IMG/VR virus record: IMGVR_UViG_3300014872_000008
Location: 1-25,552 of that record
DNA: 25,552 nt
DNA from: a virus
Taxonomy: Duplodnaviria > Caudoviricetes
Strand: one strand, 5' to 3'
Below are positions 8,469-16,513 of this stretch, one piece after another. How positions within the stretch are numbered: position 1 is the first letter of the stretch; the number at the start of each line of letters is the position of its first letter. The notes under the pieces are model-generated. The model worked only from the letters and a program-made list of their open reading frames with translations. It searched no databases and was not told where the DNA came from. Made by a program: the position numbers and the translations under genes.

Positions 8469-8905
8469 TCCAGCCCATTTCACGACGCGGCTTTCTCTCA
8501 GCTCTGATGGCCGCGACGGCGTCAGCCTCCGTGCTGGCGATTGAGGACCCTGAGCGGTTGCTCTGGGAGCCCGGGAAGAAGACCATCATCGATCTCGGCG
8601 CCCAGATCGCGCCAGCGACGCTCCAAGAAACCACGCAGATCACGTCTGGCTTCCAGGCGATGCTGTTACAGGAGCTAGCGCAGGGGCGAGCACCGTTGCC
8701 AGTTCGGCCGCTGTATATGCCGGACCGCTACCGGATGACGCTAGGCAATGGGACCGAAATGAACTTCGATTCGGACTGGAAGCTACAGCGCGGCGCCGTG
8801 GGCGGACGGCCCATGAATGATCGCGAGAAGGCGAAGATGGCGGCCGAGTTCGATCACGCTCGACGCCAGAAGATCAACCTGCGCACCTTTCGACTGGAGG
8901 ATTGA
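8465..8905 (+). CDS. Twin-arginine signal peptide protein
   Basis: N-terminus MIQPISRRGFLSALMAATASASVLA fits S-R-R-x-F-L plus an Ala-rich h-region; followed by DPERLLWEPGKKT. Confidence 0.75.
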   Translation: MIQPISRRGFLSALMAATASASVLAIEDPERLLWEPGKKTIIDLGAQIAPATLQETTQITSGFQAMLLQELAQGRAPLPVRPLYMPDRYRMTLGNGTEMNFDSDWKLQRGAVGGRPMNDREKAKMAAEFDHARRQKINLRTFRLED

Positions 8906-8907
8906 GA

Positions 8908-9066
8908 ATGCCGAATCTAGGAATGACGGAGATGTTGATCATTGGCGGGATTGCGCTGCTCATCTTTGGGCCGAGTCAACTCCCGAAACTGGGTCGTTCG
9001 TTGGGGGCGACGATCCGAGAGTTCCGTGGCGTCGCCAAGGAGCTGCACGGCAAGGACGAGGAGTAG
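8908..9066 (+). CDS. tatA: TatA/E family twin-arginine translocase subunit (52 aa)
   Basis: Translated by hand: MPNLGMTEMLIIGGIALLIFGPSQLPKLGRSLGATIREFRGVAKELHGKDEE. It shows GxxE, a TM helix, the FG hinge and the LPxLGRSLG..IREFR amphipathic helix; GGAGG SD at 8896-8900. Confidence 0.93.
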   Translation: MPNLGMTEMLIIGGIALLIFGPSQLPKLGRSLGATIREFRGVAKELHGKDEE

Positions 9067-9070
9067 GCGC

Positions 9071-9484
9071 ATGGTGATGTCAGCCGAGAATGTCGCGAGT
9101 CCGCCGGCCGAGCCGCTCAGCGTCGAAACCCTTCTCCTCGAGGTCCAGGCGCTCTCGACGAAACTCGCGGAACGTGGGGCGGCGTTAGGCGGCCTGAAGG
9201 CCGAAATTGCCGAGAAGGTGGTCCGCGAAGTGCAGGGCGCGATCACCGCCCAGACGGTCTCGATCATCGGCCGGGAAGTGGCGCACCGGTTCGAGCAGGA
9301 ACTCGACAAGCGCGTCATCGCCGCGGTTGCGGACCTATTGCCGGCGGTCATGCGGGCTCATGCGCTGGTGCCGCTTGCGGATGTGACCGAAGCCGTTGAG
9401 CGGGCCGTGGACGCCAGCATCTCGCGTCGGTTGGCGCAACTCATCGGCGGCGGCGAACTGCACATCGGCCTGAAGCGGGCCTAA
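9071..9484 (+). CDS. Hypothetical helical/coiled-coil protein
   Basis: GAGGAG upstream; ATG 9071 or 9077. Confidence 0.65.
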   Translation: MVMSAENVASPPAEPLSVETLLLEVQALSTKLAERGAALGGLKAEIAEKVVREVQGAITAQTVSIIGREVAHRFEQELDKRVIAAVADLLPAVMRAHALVPLADVTEAVERAVDASISRRLAQLIGGGELHIGLKRA

Positions 9485-9519
9485 GGGACGAACCAGGGGT
9501 AGGCTAGAGGACCGCGCTG

Positions 9520-9771
9520 ATGCCCAAAACCGCTGACTACGACGTGCTGCGCCAGGTCCTCGCGCTCTTAAAGGCGATGGCCAGGCGCCCGCACACCAGG
9601 TTGGACGTGGCCGAGCTCATGGGCTGCACCGATCGGCAAGGCTCTCGGCTGTTGGCCACGCTCCAGCGGCTCCGGCTGGTCAGGGCGGTCCCAGGCTCAG
9701 CCAAGCGTGGGCCCGGCGGCACGAGCCAGGCGTATGTCGCGGCCGTCCGCGTGACCAACCTCAAGCCATAG
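9520..9771 (+). CDS. Small winged-HTH protein
   Basis: HTRLDVAELMGCTDRQGSRLLATLQRLRLV; GAGG SD. Confidence 0.7.
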   Translation: MPKTADYDVLRQVLALLKAMARRPHTRLDVAELMGCTDRQGSRLLATLQRLRLVRAVPGSAKRGPGGTSQAYVAAVRVTNLKP

Positions 9772-9875
9772 GCAAATGAACCGGTGATCAAGAGGACTTG
9801 ACAGGCGTGCGAAGATAGAGACGTAAGAAGTCTGAAATACGCTTACCCTGGCGAATAGGGCTGGAGCTACCCACC

Positions 9876-10175
9876 ATGAAAGTCACGTTCTCTATCAACG
9901 ACAAAGGCACCCCGACCGGCAAGCTCGCGGACGCCGAGCTGCACTTCGACCAGAACGGTCTCGCGGGCCTGAAGCTCGTCGGCTTCGGCATCTGGGAGCG
10001 GAAGGGCGGAGGCCGGAACGTCACGTTCCCGGCGCGGCAGTTCTCCATCAACGGCGAGCGGCGCTCGTACGCCCTGCTGCGGCCGACCGTGGACGCAACC
10101 GCGCAGGACCGGCTGCGCGACCTCATCCTCGACGCCTACAGGGTGCATGAGGACGACCTCGCGACCGCACTCTGA
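9876..10175 (+). CDS. SpoVG-like nucleic-acid-binding protein
   Basis: KLADAELHF..LKLVGFGIWE..GRNVTFPAR..YALLRP..RLRDLILDAY parallels the SpoVG pattern; GGAG SD. Confidence 0.55.
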   Translation: MKVTFSINDKGTPTGKLADAELHFDQNGLAGLKLVGFGIWERKGGGRNVTFPARQFSINGERRSYALLRPTVDATAQDRLRDLILDAYRVHEDDLATAL

Positions 10176-10254
10176 GCGCAGAGGGACGGGGCCAGACCAT
10201 CGGCCCCGGCAATGCGGCAGGCGCTCGTCCCAAGCCGAGCCCAAGGAGACCCGA

Positions 10255-10446
10255 ATGAGAACACTCGCCGTTGTCACCTACGTCGTGCTGGTCCTGAGCC
10301 TCGTGCTCTTCGCGCTCGGCACGGATCCCGTCACGCAGGCCGTGTGCGGCTCAGACGCGGACTGCGCCAGGTGGGAAGTCATCAATGGGGTTCCGGACGC
10401 CGAGCGGTGCTACGGGGCGCCATGCCCGGGAGGAGATCGCCGATGA
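10255..10446 (+). CDS. Small membrane-anchored/secreted Cys-rich protein
   Basis: AAGGAG SD; hydrophobic N-terminus followed by 4 Cys. Confidence 0.7.
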   Translation: MRTLAVVTYVVLVLSLVLFALGTDPVTQAVCGSDADCARWEVINGVPDAERCYGAPCPGGDRR

Positions 10447-10670
10447 ACCGACGCTACGAAGACGTCAAGGCTCGGCTGGTCGATCTCGTGGAGAGCGTCG
10501 GCGGCGTCATTGACGTCGCGGGTAAGCCCACGCACCCGGACAGTCGCTTGCCGATTCTCTACCCTGCGGTGACCATCACGCTCGGGGCCAAGTCCTTCTC
10601 GACGCACCGGGCCACGTTGACCCTGTGCGCCGAGGACGTGCAGCGATGGCTGCAGGAGGTCGTTCGATGA
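10443..10670 (+). CDS. Hypothetical protein
   Basis: GGAGGAG SD; ATGA overlaps at both ends. Confidence 0.7.
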   Translation: MNRRYEDVKARLVDLVESVGGVIDVAGKPTHPDSRLPILYPAVTITLGAKSFSTHRATLTLCAEDVQRWLQEVVR

Positions 10671-12223
10671 GCCCGCAGAACCCACGGCAGCGACCGCCGG
10701 TTATTCGGCTCTACGAGGGGGAGGTTGGCGTCGATCTCTTCGCCGGCGGCGGCGGCGCCTCGACCGGTATCGAGCAGGCGACAGGCCCGTCTCCGATCAC
10801 CGAGCTAAACCACGAACGGGAAGCCTTGGCGATGCACCACGCCAATCACCCCGAGACGATCCATCTGCGCGAGGACGTGCGCGACGTCAACCCGCGGACC
10901 GCCCTGCAGGGCCGGAAGTGCGGCTTCGCGTGGTTCTCCCCAGACTGCACGTTCTTCTCGAAAGCCAAGGGGGGCCAGCCATTCCGTGACCCGGAGCGCG
11001 CCCGCAAGATCCGCGGGCTGATCGGCGTCGTGCTGAAGTGGGCGGATGCCGTGCGACCGCGCGTCATCTTCATCGAGAACGTCGAGGAGATCGAGTTCTG
11101 GTGCCCGCTCGGCCAGGACGGCCGGCCCGACCCCGCTAAGCGCGGTGCGAGCTTCAGGCGCTGGGTCGCGCGTCTCCGCACGATGGGCTACGTCGTCGAG
11201 TGGCGCCAACTGCGAGCGAGCCACTATGGCGACCCGACGTCACGCAAGCGCCTGTTCATCATCGCCCGCTGCGACGGGCAGCCCATCGTCTGGCCGGCGA
11301 AGACCCACGGCCCGCGCGCGGCGCAGCCCTACCGCACCGCGGCCGAGTGCATCAACTTCAGCCGGCCGATCCCGTCCATCTTCCTGACGCCCAAGCAGGC
11401 CAGGGCGTGGGGCAAGCAGCACGGCGTCCCATCGCCGAGACGTCCGCTGGCGACCGCCACCAAGCGCCGCATCGCGCGTGGCATTCAGCGGTTCGTGCTG
11501 GACGCGGCGACGCCGTTCATCATCCCGTCCGGGGAGTTCGCGCTGGTCGCCCCGACGCTCATCAACACGCGCAATGGCGAGCGGGCCGGTCAGGCGCCGC
11601 GGGTCTACGACATCCAGCAGCCCTTCGCCACGGTGACGGCGCATGGGAGCCAAGGGGCGCTCGTCGCGGCCTTCCTCGCCAAGCACAACGCGGGGCACGA
11701 GGCGACGGGGCAGCCGCTCCTGAAGCCCTGTGACGCGGTTACGACCCGGGACTCGAAGGCGCTCGTCACGTCGCATCTCGTGAAACTGCGCGGCGGGCTG
11801 TCTGACCACGTCGTGACCGGCCAGGACCTAGACGTGCCAGCGCCGACGCTGACAGCCGGCGGGACGCATCTCGCCGAGGTCCGAGCGTTCCTGGTGAAGT
11901 TCTACGGTTCGAAGAAGGACGGCTGCCAGATCGGGCTGCCGCTCGACACGGTGACCACGAAAGGCCGGTTCGGACTCGTCACGGTCACCATCAGCGGCGA
12001 GGACTACTACATCGCGGACATCGGCATGCGGATGCTGACGCCGCGCGAACTCTTCCTCTGTCAGGGCTTCCCAGCCGACTACCAGATCGAAGCCGGCATC
12101 GACGTCGCCACCGGGGCGGCCGTGAAGTTCACCAAGCAGACACAAACGCGTCTCGTCGGCAATTCGGTCCCGCCGAAGACGGCGGCGGCCATCCTCGCGG
12201 CCAACCTGGAGCGCAGCGCATGA
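10667..12223 (+). CDS. dcm: DNA cytosine-C5 methyltransferase (phage type)
   Basis: Motif I DLFAGGGG, IV FSPDC, VI ENV, VIII SRKRLF, IX RMLTPRE..CQGFP, X GNSV. Confidence 0.93.
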   Translation: MSPQNPRQRPPVIRLYEGEVGVDLFAGGGGASTGIEQATGPSPITELNHEREALAMHHANHPETIHLREDVRDVNPRTALQGRKCGFAWFSPDCTFFSKAKGGQPFRDPERARKIRGLIGVVLKWADAVRPRVIFIENVEEIEFWCPLGQDGRPDPAKRGASFRRWVARLRTMGYVVEWRQLRASHYGDPTSRKRLFIIARCDGQPIVWPAKTHGPRAAQPYRTAAECINFSRPIPSIFLTPKQARAWGKQHGVPSPRRPLATATKRRIARGIQRFVLDAATPFIIPSGEFALVAPTLINTRNGERAGQAPRVYDIQQPFATVTAHGSQGALVAAFLAKHNAGHEATGQPLLKPCDAVTTRDSKALVTSHLVKLRGGLSDHVVTGQDLDVPAPTLTAGGTHLAEVRAFLVKFYGSKKDGCQIGLPLDTVTTKGRFGLVTVTISGEDYYIADIGMRMLTPRELFLCQGFPADYQIEAGIDVATGAAVKFTKQTQTRLVGNSVPPKTAAAILAANLERSA

Positions 12224-12585
12224 CACCCTCAATCGCGACCCAACGCACGCAGCCGTGCGGCCACCGCTACTCCGACCTGTTCGACCGTTGCCCCTTCTGC
12301 GACTTCGGGGACCAGATGTTCAGGTCCGTGGTCAAGGGCATGGCCCCAGGCGTCACGATGGCCTACGCGGTCGAGGACGGCGGCGAGCACCCGCGCTCCA
12401 TCATCGTCTGCACCAAGCCGCCCTGTGTGTCTCCTGGGCCCAAGGACGGGCCGCCGACGATGCAGCATCCCCTAGACCAGGCCGACCTCAACGAGCTGGC
12501 TATGGCCCAGAACGCCCCAGTGGCCTGCGACCGCTGCGGGGCCTTCCTGACTGAGGTCGTGGCCGGCAGCGACCCTCGCGACTGA
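12220..12585 (+). CDS. Hypothetical Zn-binding protein
   Basis: ATGA overlap; CGH..CPFC, CDRC. Confidence 0.65.
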   Translation: MTPSIATQRTQPCGHRYSDLFDRCPFCDFGDQMFRSVVKGMAPGVTMAYAVEDGGEHPRSIIVCTKPPCVSPGPKDGPPTMQHPLDQADLNELAMAQNAPVACDRCGAFLTEVVAGSDPRD

Positions 12586-12598
12586 AGAAGGACAACCC

Positions 12599-12853
12599 GT
12601 GGGAGACAAGAAACAGATCACCGACTACATCAGCAATCAACAGGCACACGAGTGCCTCCATGAGATCGTGACTCTCATGCGGACACTGCAAGATCAGGGG
12701 TATCGCAACCCACAGATCACCGTGGCGCTCGTCCAGGCCGTCGCCCTCCTCGTGGGCCAATTCGACAGCCCCGAACGCGAGGAAGTGGCCGGTGAGTGCA
12801 TTACCCTGTTTCAACGCGCGATCACCGCGGTTCACCAGGGGATGGTGTCATGA
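12599..12853 (+). CDS. Hypothetical protein
   Basis: AAGGA SD, GTG start. Confidence 0.65.
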   Translation: MGDKKQITDYISNQQAHECLHEIVTLMRTLQDQGYRNPQITVALVQAVALLVGQFDSPEREEVAGECITLFQRAITAVHQGMVS

Positions 12854-12886
12854 GTCGGTTGCTCGACGCCTCTACACAGCCCCATC

Positions 12887-13534
12887 ATGGGCGTTGTGCC
12901 CGTCAAGAAATCGAAGAAACTCGCCCGAAAGGCCCGCCCGGCGCCGACGGTCCGCGTCCAGGACGGCTTGAGGCCCAAGCAGCAGCGCTTCATCGCCGAA
13001 TACCTCATCGACCACAACGCCAGGCAGGCGGCTATTCGCGCCGGCTACAGCCCGAAGACGGCCGGAGCCATTGGGTCAGAGAACCTCACGAAACCGGCAA
13101 TAGTCGAGGCCATCATCGCCGGGATGAGGCAGCTCATCGACCAGCCGATGGCCGAAGCTGAGCGCATCGTGCTTGAGGCCGGGCGCTTGGCACTCAGCGA
13201 CGTGCGGCATCTGTTCGACGAGGCCGGCAACCTCCGGCCAGTGAACGAGTTGGGCGACGACATCGCGGCGGCCGTGGCGTCCGTGGAGGTCATCGAACGG
13301 CGCACCGGGAAGGACCGTGACGAGGTCGAGGTCACGCGCAAGGTCCGGCTCTGGGACAAGAACGCGGCGCTTGGCTTCCTCGGGAAACACCACAAGCTCC
13401 TGACCGACAAGATCGAGTCGAGCGTCACGCACAACCTGCCACCGGTACGGAGCATGTCGACCGAGGCGCTAGAGGCCGAGCTGCTCGCAGCGGCTGATGC
13501 CATCAGGGCCCGCCAGGCGCTCGACAAGCGATGA
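12887..13534 (+). CDS. terS: Terminase small subunit
   Basis: KQQRFIAEYLID.NARQAAIRAGYSPKTA..IGSENL.KP and KVRLWDK.AAL..LGKH, typical of the Terminase_2 family. Confidence 0.92.
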   Translation: MGVVPVKKSKKLARKARPAPTVRVQDGLRPKQQRFIAEYLIDHNARQAAIRAGYSPKTAGAIGSENLTKPAIVEAIIAGMRQLIDQPMAEAERIVLEAGRLALSDVRHLFDEAGNLRPVNELGDDIAAAVASVEVIERRTGKDRDEVEVTRKVRLWDKNAALGFLGKHHKLLTDKIESSVTHNLPPVRSMSTEALEAELLAAADAIRARQALDKR

Positions 13535-13550
13535 GTCGAGACATGGACCA

Positions 13551-13880
13551 GTGACGATCCTGTGCTTCGAAGCGCATCACGCTGACGGCCGGGTGTGGGC
13601 CATCAGGCACCGTGGGAAGTGGACGCGCTGGCGCGCGGTGGTCATCCAGGGCGTGACCGTCGATACCGACTACCGCGGCCCGAAGGCGCGGCAGCCGAAG
13701 GCGGCGCTGGCGATGTGGGGGCCCGTGCAGGTCATCGGTGACCGGCGTCGAGGCGGCATCGCGGTGATCCAGCCGGCGCTGAGTGCGCGGAGGTCTCGCC
13801 GCACACTCCCGCGCACTCGCGCACTGGGGGATATCCCAACCAAGGCCCGGGTGTCGATCGCCGCTCCTGGGGCATCCTGA
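13551..13880 (+). CDS. Hypothetical basic protein
   Basis: GTG start overlaps the stop of a 7-codon mini-ORF (13531-13554). Confidence 0.55.
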   Translation: MTILCFEAHHADGRVWAIRHRGKWTRWRAVVIQGVTVDTDYRGPKARQPKAALAMWGPVQVIGDRRRGGIAVIQPALSARRSRRTLPRTRALGDIPTKARVSIAAPGAS

Positions 13881-13990
13881 GCCGCCGTTTCATCCGAAAA
13901 CTGGTGACTTGCACCTTTTTCTCGTCGCGAGGCACGATCCGCGGCATGGACGACGTCGCGCTTGATCCCGTCGCGGTAGAGACCTAGCCG

Positions 13991-14197
13991 ATGGCCAAGA
14001 AGGCACGTAACCCAACCGACACCACGCTCCGGAACACCCGGGCGGCGAACAAGCGGCTCGCGGCGTTGCTGCGAGAGGTAGCCGAGCTGCGCCAGCGCGT
14101 CACGCGTCTCGAAGCTGTTGAGGTGCTGCCGAAGGCGATGGCGCTCGAGGCACGGGTCGCGGCGCTGGAGAGTCGGCTCTCCTGGCCACTAGGTTGA
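13991..14197 (+). CDS. Hypothetical coiled-coil protein
   Basis: Heptad pattern LAALLREVAELRQRVTRLE. Confidence 0.6.
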   Translation: MAKKARNPTDTTLRNTRAANKRLAALLREVAELRQRVTRLEAVEVLPKAMALEARVAALESRLSWPLG

Positions 14198-14305
14198 TCT
14201 TCGCGCGCGGCATGGTGCCCGGGGAGATCCCGGGACGGGTCTTCCTCTATCGCACCCCTTGAAACACCGCGCGCGAACTGTCTCGTCCAACAAAGGAGCC
14301 GTTAC

Positions 14306-14500
14306 ATGACGTCCATCTTCTTGCGTGTGATCATCGCCATCGTCGCGTTCCTGTTCTTCATGGCCCTCATGCCGCCGGTCCTGGCTGTCCTCGGGCTGAA
14401 CTTGGACGGCAACGTCCTGCGCATCATCCAGTTGTGCGCGGCTGGCATCGCCCTGTTCTACATCGTCCGTGGACCTGGACCGTGGAAAGTAGGGCCGTGA
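14306..14500 (+). CDS. Small two-TM membrane protein (holin-like topology)
   Basis: AAGGAG SD; two hydrophobic segments. Confidence 0.7.
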   Translation: MTSIFLRVIIAIVAFLFFMALMPPVLAVLGLNLDGNVLRIIQLCAAGIALFYIVRGPGPWKVGP

Positions 14501-14832
14501 AGGGCTGGATCGCCGTCGATCTCGACGGCACACTCGCGCACGAGGACGGCTGGAAGGGCGAGGACCACATCGGCGCGCCAATCCCGGCGATGGTCGCATT
14601 CGTCAAGGCCCTGATCTCGGCCGGCGAGGACGTGCGGATCTTCACGGCGCGGGTCGGGATGTGGCCCGAAGGTAGTGACGATCACGAGCGCAACCGGCGC
14701 ATCGTGCAGGCGTGGTGCCTCGAGCATCTCGGGCAAGCGTTGGAGGTCACGGCCATCAAGGACATGGGGATGCACGCGCTCTACGACGATCGCGCCATCC
14801 AGGTCGAGACGAACACCGGACGGATCCTATGA
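14497..14832 (+). CDS. HAD-superfamily phosphatase-like protein
   Basis: IAVDLDGTL, IFTAR, K..LYDDRA motifs; GTGA overlap. Confidence 0.85.
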   Translation: MKGWIAVDLDGTLAHEDGWKGEDHIGAPIPAMVAFVKALISAGEDVRIFTARVGMWPEGSDDHERNRRIVQAWCLEHLGQALEVTAIKDMGMHALYDDRAIQVETNTGRIL

Positions 14833-15266
14833 CCCTTCACGCCTTGCTCGTCATCCTCTGGCTGCTGGCCCTGCACTTTCTGGCCGACTTCGTCCTGCAG
14901 AGCGATCGGGTCGCCCAGGCGAAGTCCAAGGACTGGGGGATGCTTGGGATGCACGCCTCGTTCTACGCCGGCATCGTTGGGGTTGGGCTGTTCTTGGCCG
15001 TTGGCGTCGGCGCCGCGCTCTTGACGTTCTATCTCATCACGCTCGCCGCCCACTTCCTGACGGACGCGGTCACGAGCCGGGTCAACGCGAAGCTCTGGCC
15101 GCTGACACCTCTGAGCCATATCCATCAGCAAGACGCCTTCGAGCCTGTGTTCGCGCTGCGCTACGGTAAGGGGTTTCACAACTTCTTCGTCGGCGTCGGC
15201 TTCGACCAACTGCTGCACCAGGCGCAGCTCATCCTCACGGCCTACGGGCTGGGGCTGCTCAGATGA
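14829..15266 (+). CDS. DUF3307-like membrane protein
   Basis: HFLADFVLQ, H..Y, HFLTD and GFDQLLH motifs within TM helices. Confidence 0.75.
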   Translation: MTLHALLVILWLLALHFLADFVLQSDRVAQAKSKDWGMLGMHASFYAGIVGVGLFLAVGVGAALLTFYLITLAAHFLTDAVTSRVNAKLWPLTPLSHIHQQDAFEPVFALRYGKGFHNFFVGVGFDQLLHQAQLILTAYGLGLLR

Positions 15267-15790
15267 TCGTCACCTGTCCTCACGCGGAGTGCGGCAAAAC
15301 CTACAACGACGCGCGGCGCTGGACGATCTGTCCGCATCGGTCGCTTGACGAGTCGCCAACGACGGCCGAGACACGGCTCGCGCGATGTCTGAATTGCGGC
15401 GCAGACTACGACTACGACAACAAGTCGCCGATGTGCCCGCATCTGGTGTCGCGACCAGAGTCGCTACCGCCGCCGCTACCAGACAGTGTTGAGGTCGTGG
15501 GGGTAGTGGCCTCGCACGGGCGCGGCCAGGTCCTCTCCATCGTCGACCGCGTCAAGCCAGTGGACGTCACCGACAACCGGAAATGGACCGCGGAGACCAT
15601 GCTCCTGGAGCTGCTCGAGGAGATCCGATCGGGCAAGACCGTCCCTGTCAACCTGATGCTGTTCTTCTCCACCCAGGACGCGGACGGGACGCTTCGGCCG
15701 AACACGTGGTTCCAAAACGTCACCACGACCGAGCGTATCGTCTACTTGAACTTCGGGATCGCGCAGGCCATCGACGAATGGCGGAGTTGA
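15263..15790 (+). CDS. Hypothetical protein with two small Zn-ribbon repeats
   Basis: CPHAECGKTY...ICPH and CLNCGADY...MCPH. Confidence 0.7.
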   Translation: MIVTCPHAECGKTYNDARRWTICPHRSLDESPTTAETRLARCLNCGADYDYDNKSPMCPHLVSRPESLPPPLPDSVEVVGVVASHGRGQVLSIVDRVKPVDVTDNRKWTAETMLLELLEEIRSGKTVPVNLMLFFSTQDADGTLRPNTWFQNVTTTERIVYLNFGIAQAIDEWRS

Positions 15791-15971
15791 GTCGGTCGAC
15801 AGCAGGTCCGGACGTATCGCACGATTGGTCCCGTGGACGTCGAGCGCTGCGCCGTTAACTCCCCGGTCAGCCCTCACCCAGTTGACTGCCATGGCGTCGC
15901 GGCGTTCTGGCGTCCATCTTCGTCGCTCCCTCACGGCCAGGATCAGGCCGAACTATCAGGAGTCATACACC

Positions 15972-16235
15972 ATGCGCGCATCCTTCTCGATCGATAGCCT
16001 CCACGAACTTGAGATCACCGGTGACGTGCCACGGCACGAGCACGACCCGGCGAGCGTGTGTCTCAACGTCCTCCGCACGCCGCTCCCGGTGAAGAACGTC
16101 TATGGGCCGAAGGAGGCCGGACCGGAATACACCCAGGGACCGACCGAGACGATCATCTCGGTGAGCCTGCGTCCGAGCCATGCTCGGGCCATCGCGAGCG
16201 CGATGCTCTCGGCGGCCACAGAGGCGCGCGGATGA
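15972..16235 (+). CDS. Hypothetical protein
   Basis: AGGAG SD upstream of ATG 15972. Confidence 0.7.
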   Translation: MRASFSIDSLHELEITGDVPRHEHDPASVCLNVLRTPLPVKNVYGPKEAGPEYTQGPTETIISVSLRPSHARAIASAMLSAATEARG

Positions 16236-16513
16236 TGCGTGCCGGGCCTGTTCCGACGGATCTCCTGGCGGCGTCAGCCCGGGCGACCAGGCTCGCGGAC
16301 GAGCTCCATCGGCACGCGGACTGGTTGCAATCGATCCATCGCTGGGACGACGCCAGGGCGATCCGTGGCGCCGCGAGAAGCGCGGCCCAGATCGCGTGGC
16401 TGGCATCCGGCCGCGGCCAGCGCCGGGCGAGGCGCGTCGTCCACCCAGCAGACACGCCGGCCACGCGCGGCCTGCGTGCGCCGTTCCGCCCGTGGTGGCG
16501 CTTCTGGTGGTGA
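16232..16513 (+). CDS. Hypothetical protein with C-terminal PWWRFWW
   Basis: ATGA and GTGA overlaps with both neighbours. Confidence 0.6.
   Translation: MMRAGPVPTDLLAASARATRLADELHRHADWLQSIHRWDDARAIRGAARSAAQIAWLASGRGQRRARRVVHPADTPATRGLRAPFRPWWRFWW

Noticed and set aside
8817-9077. ORF-track 86-aa ORF and the N-terminal part of ORF 8942-9484
   Set aside because: Both overlap the much better supported tatA frame.
10667-12223. Restriction-modification system
   Set aside because: No cognate endonuclease adjacent; orphan C5 methyltransferases are ordinary in phages.
15795-15830. SRP RNA-like CAGGTCCGGA
   Set aside because: Lacks the following AGGAAGCAG half of the conserved SRP helix.
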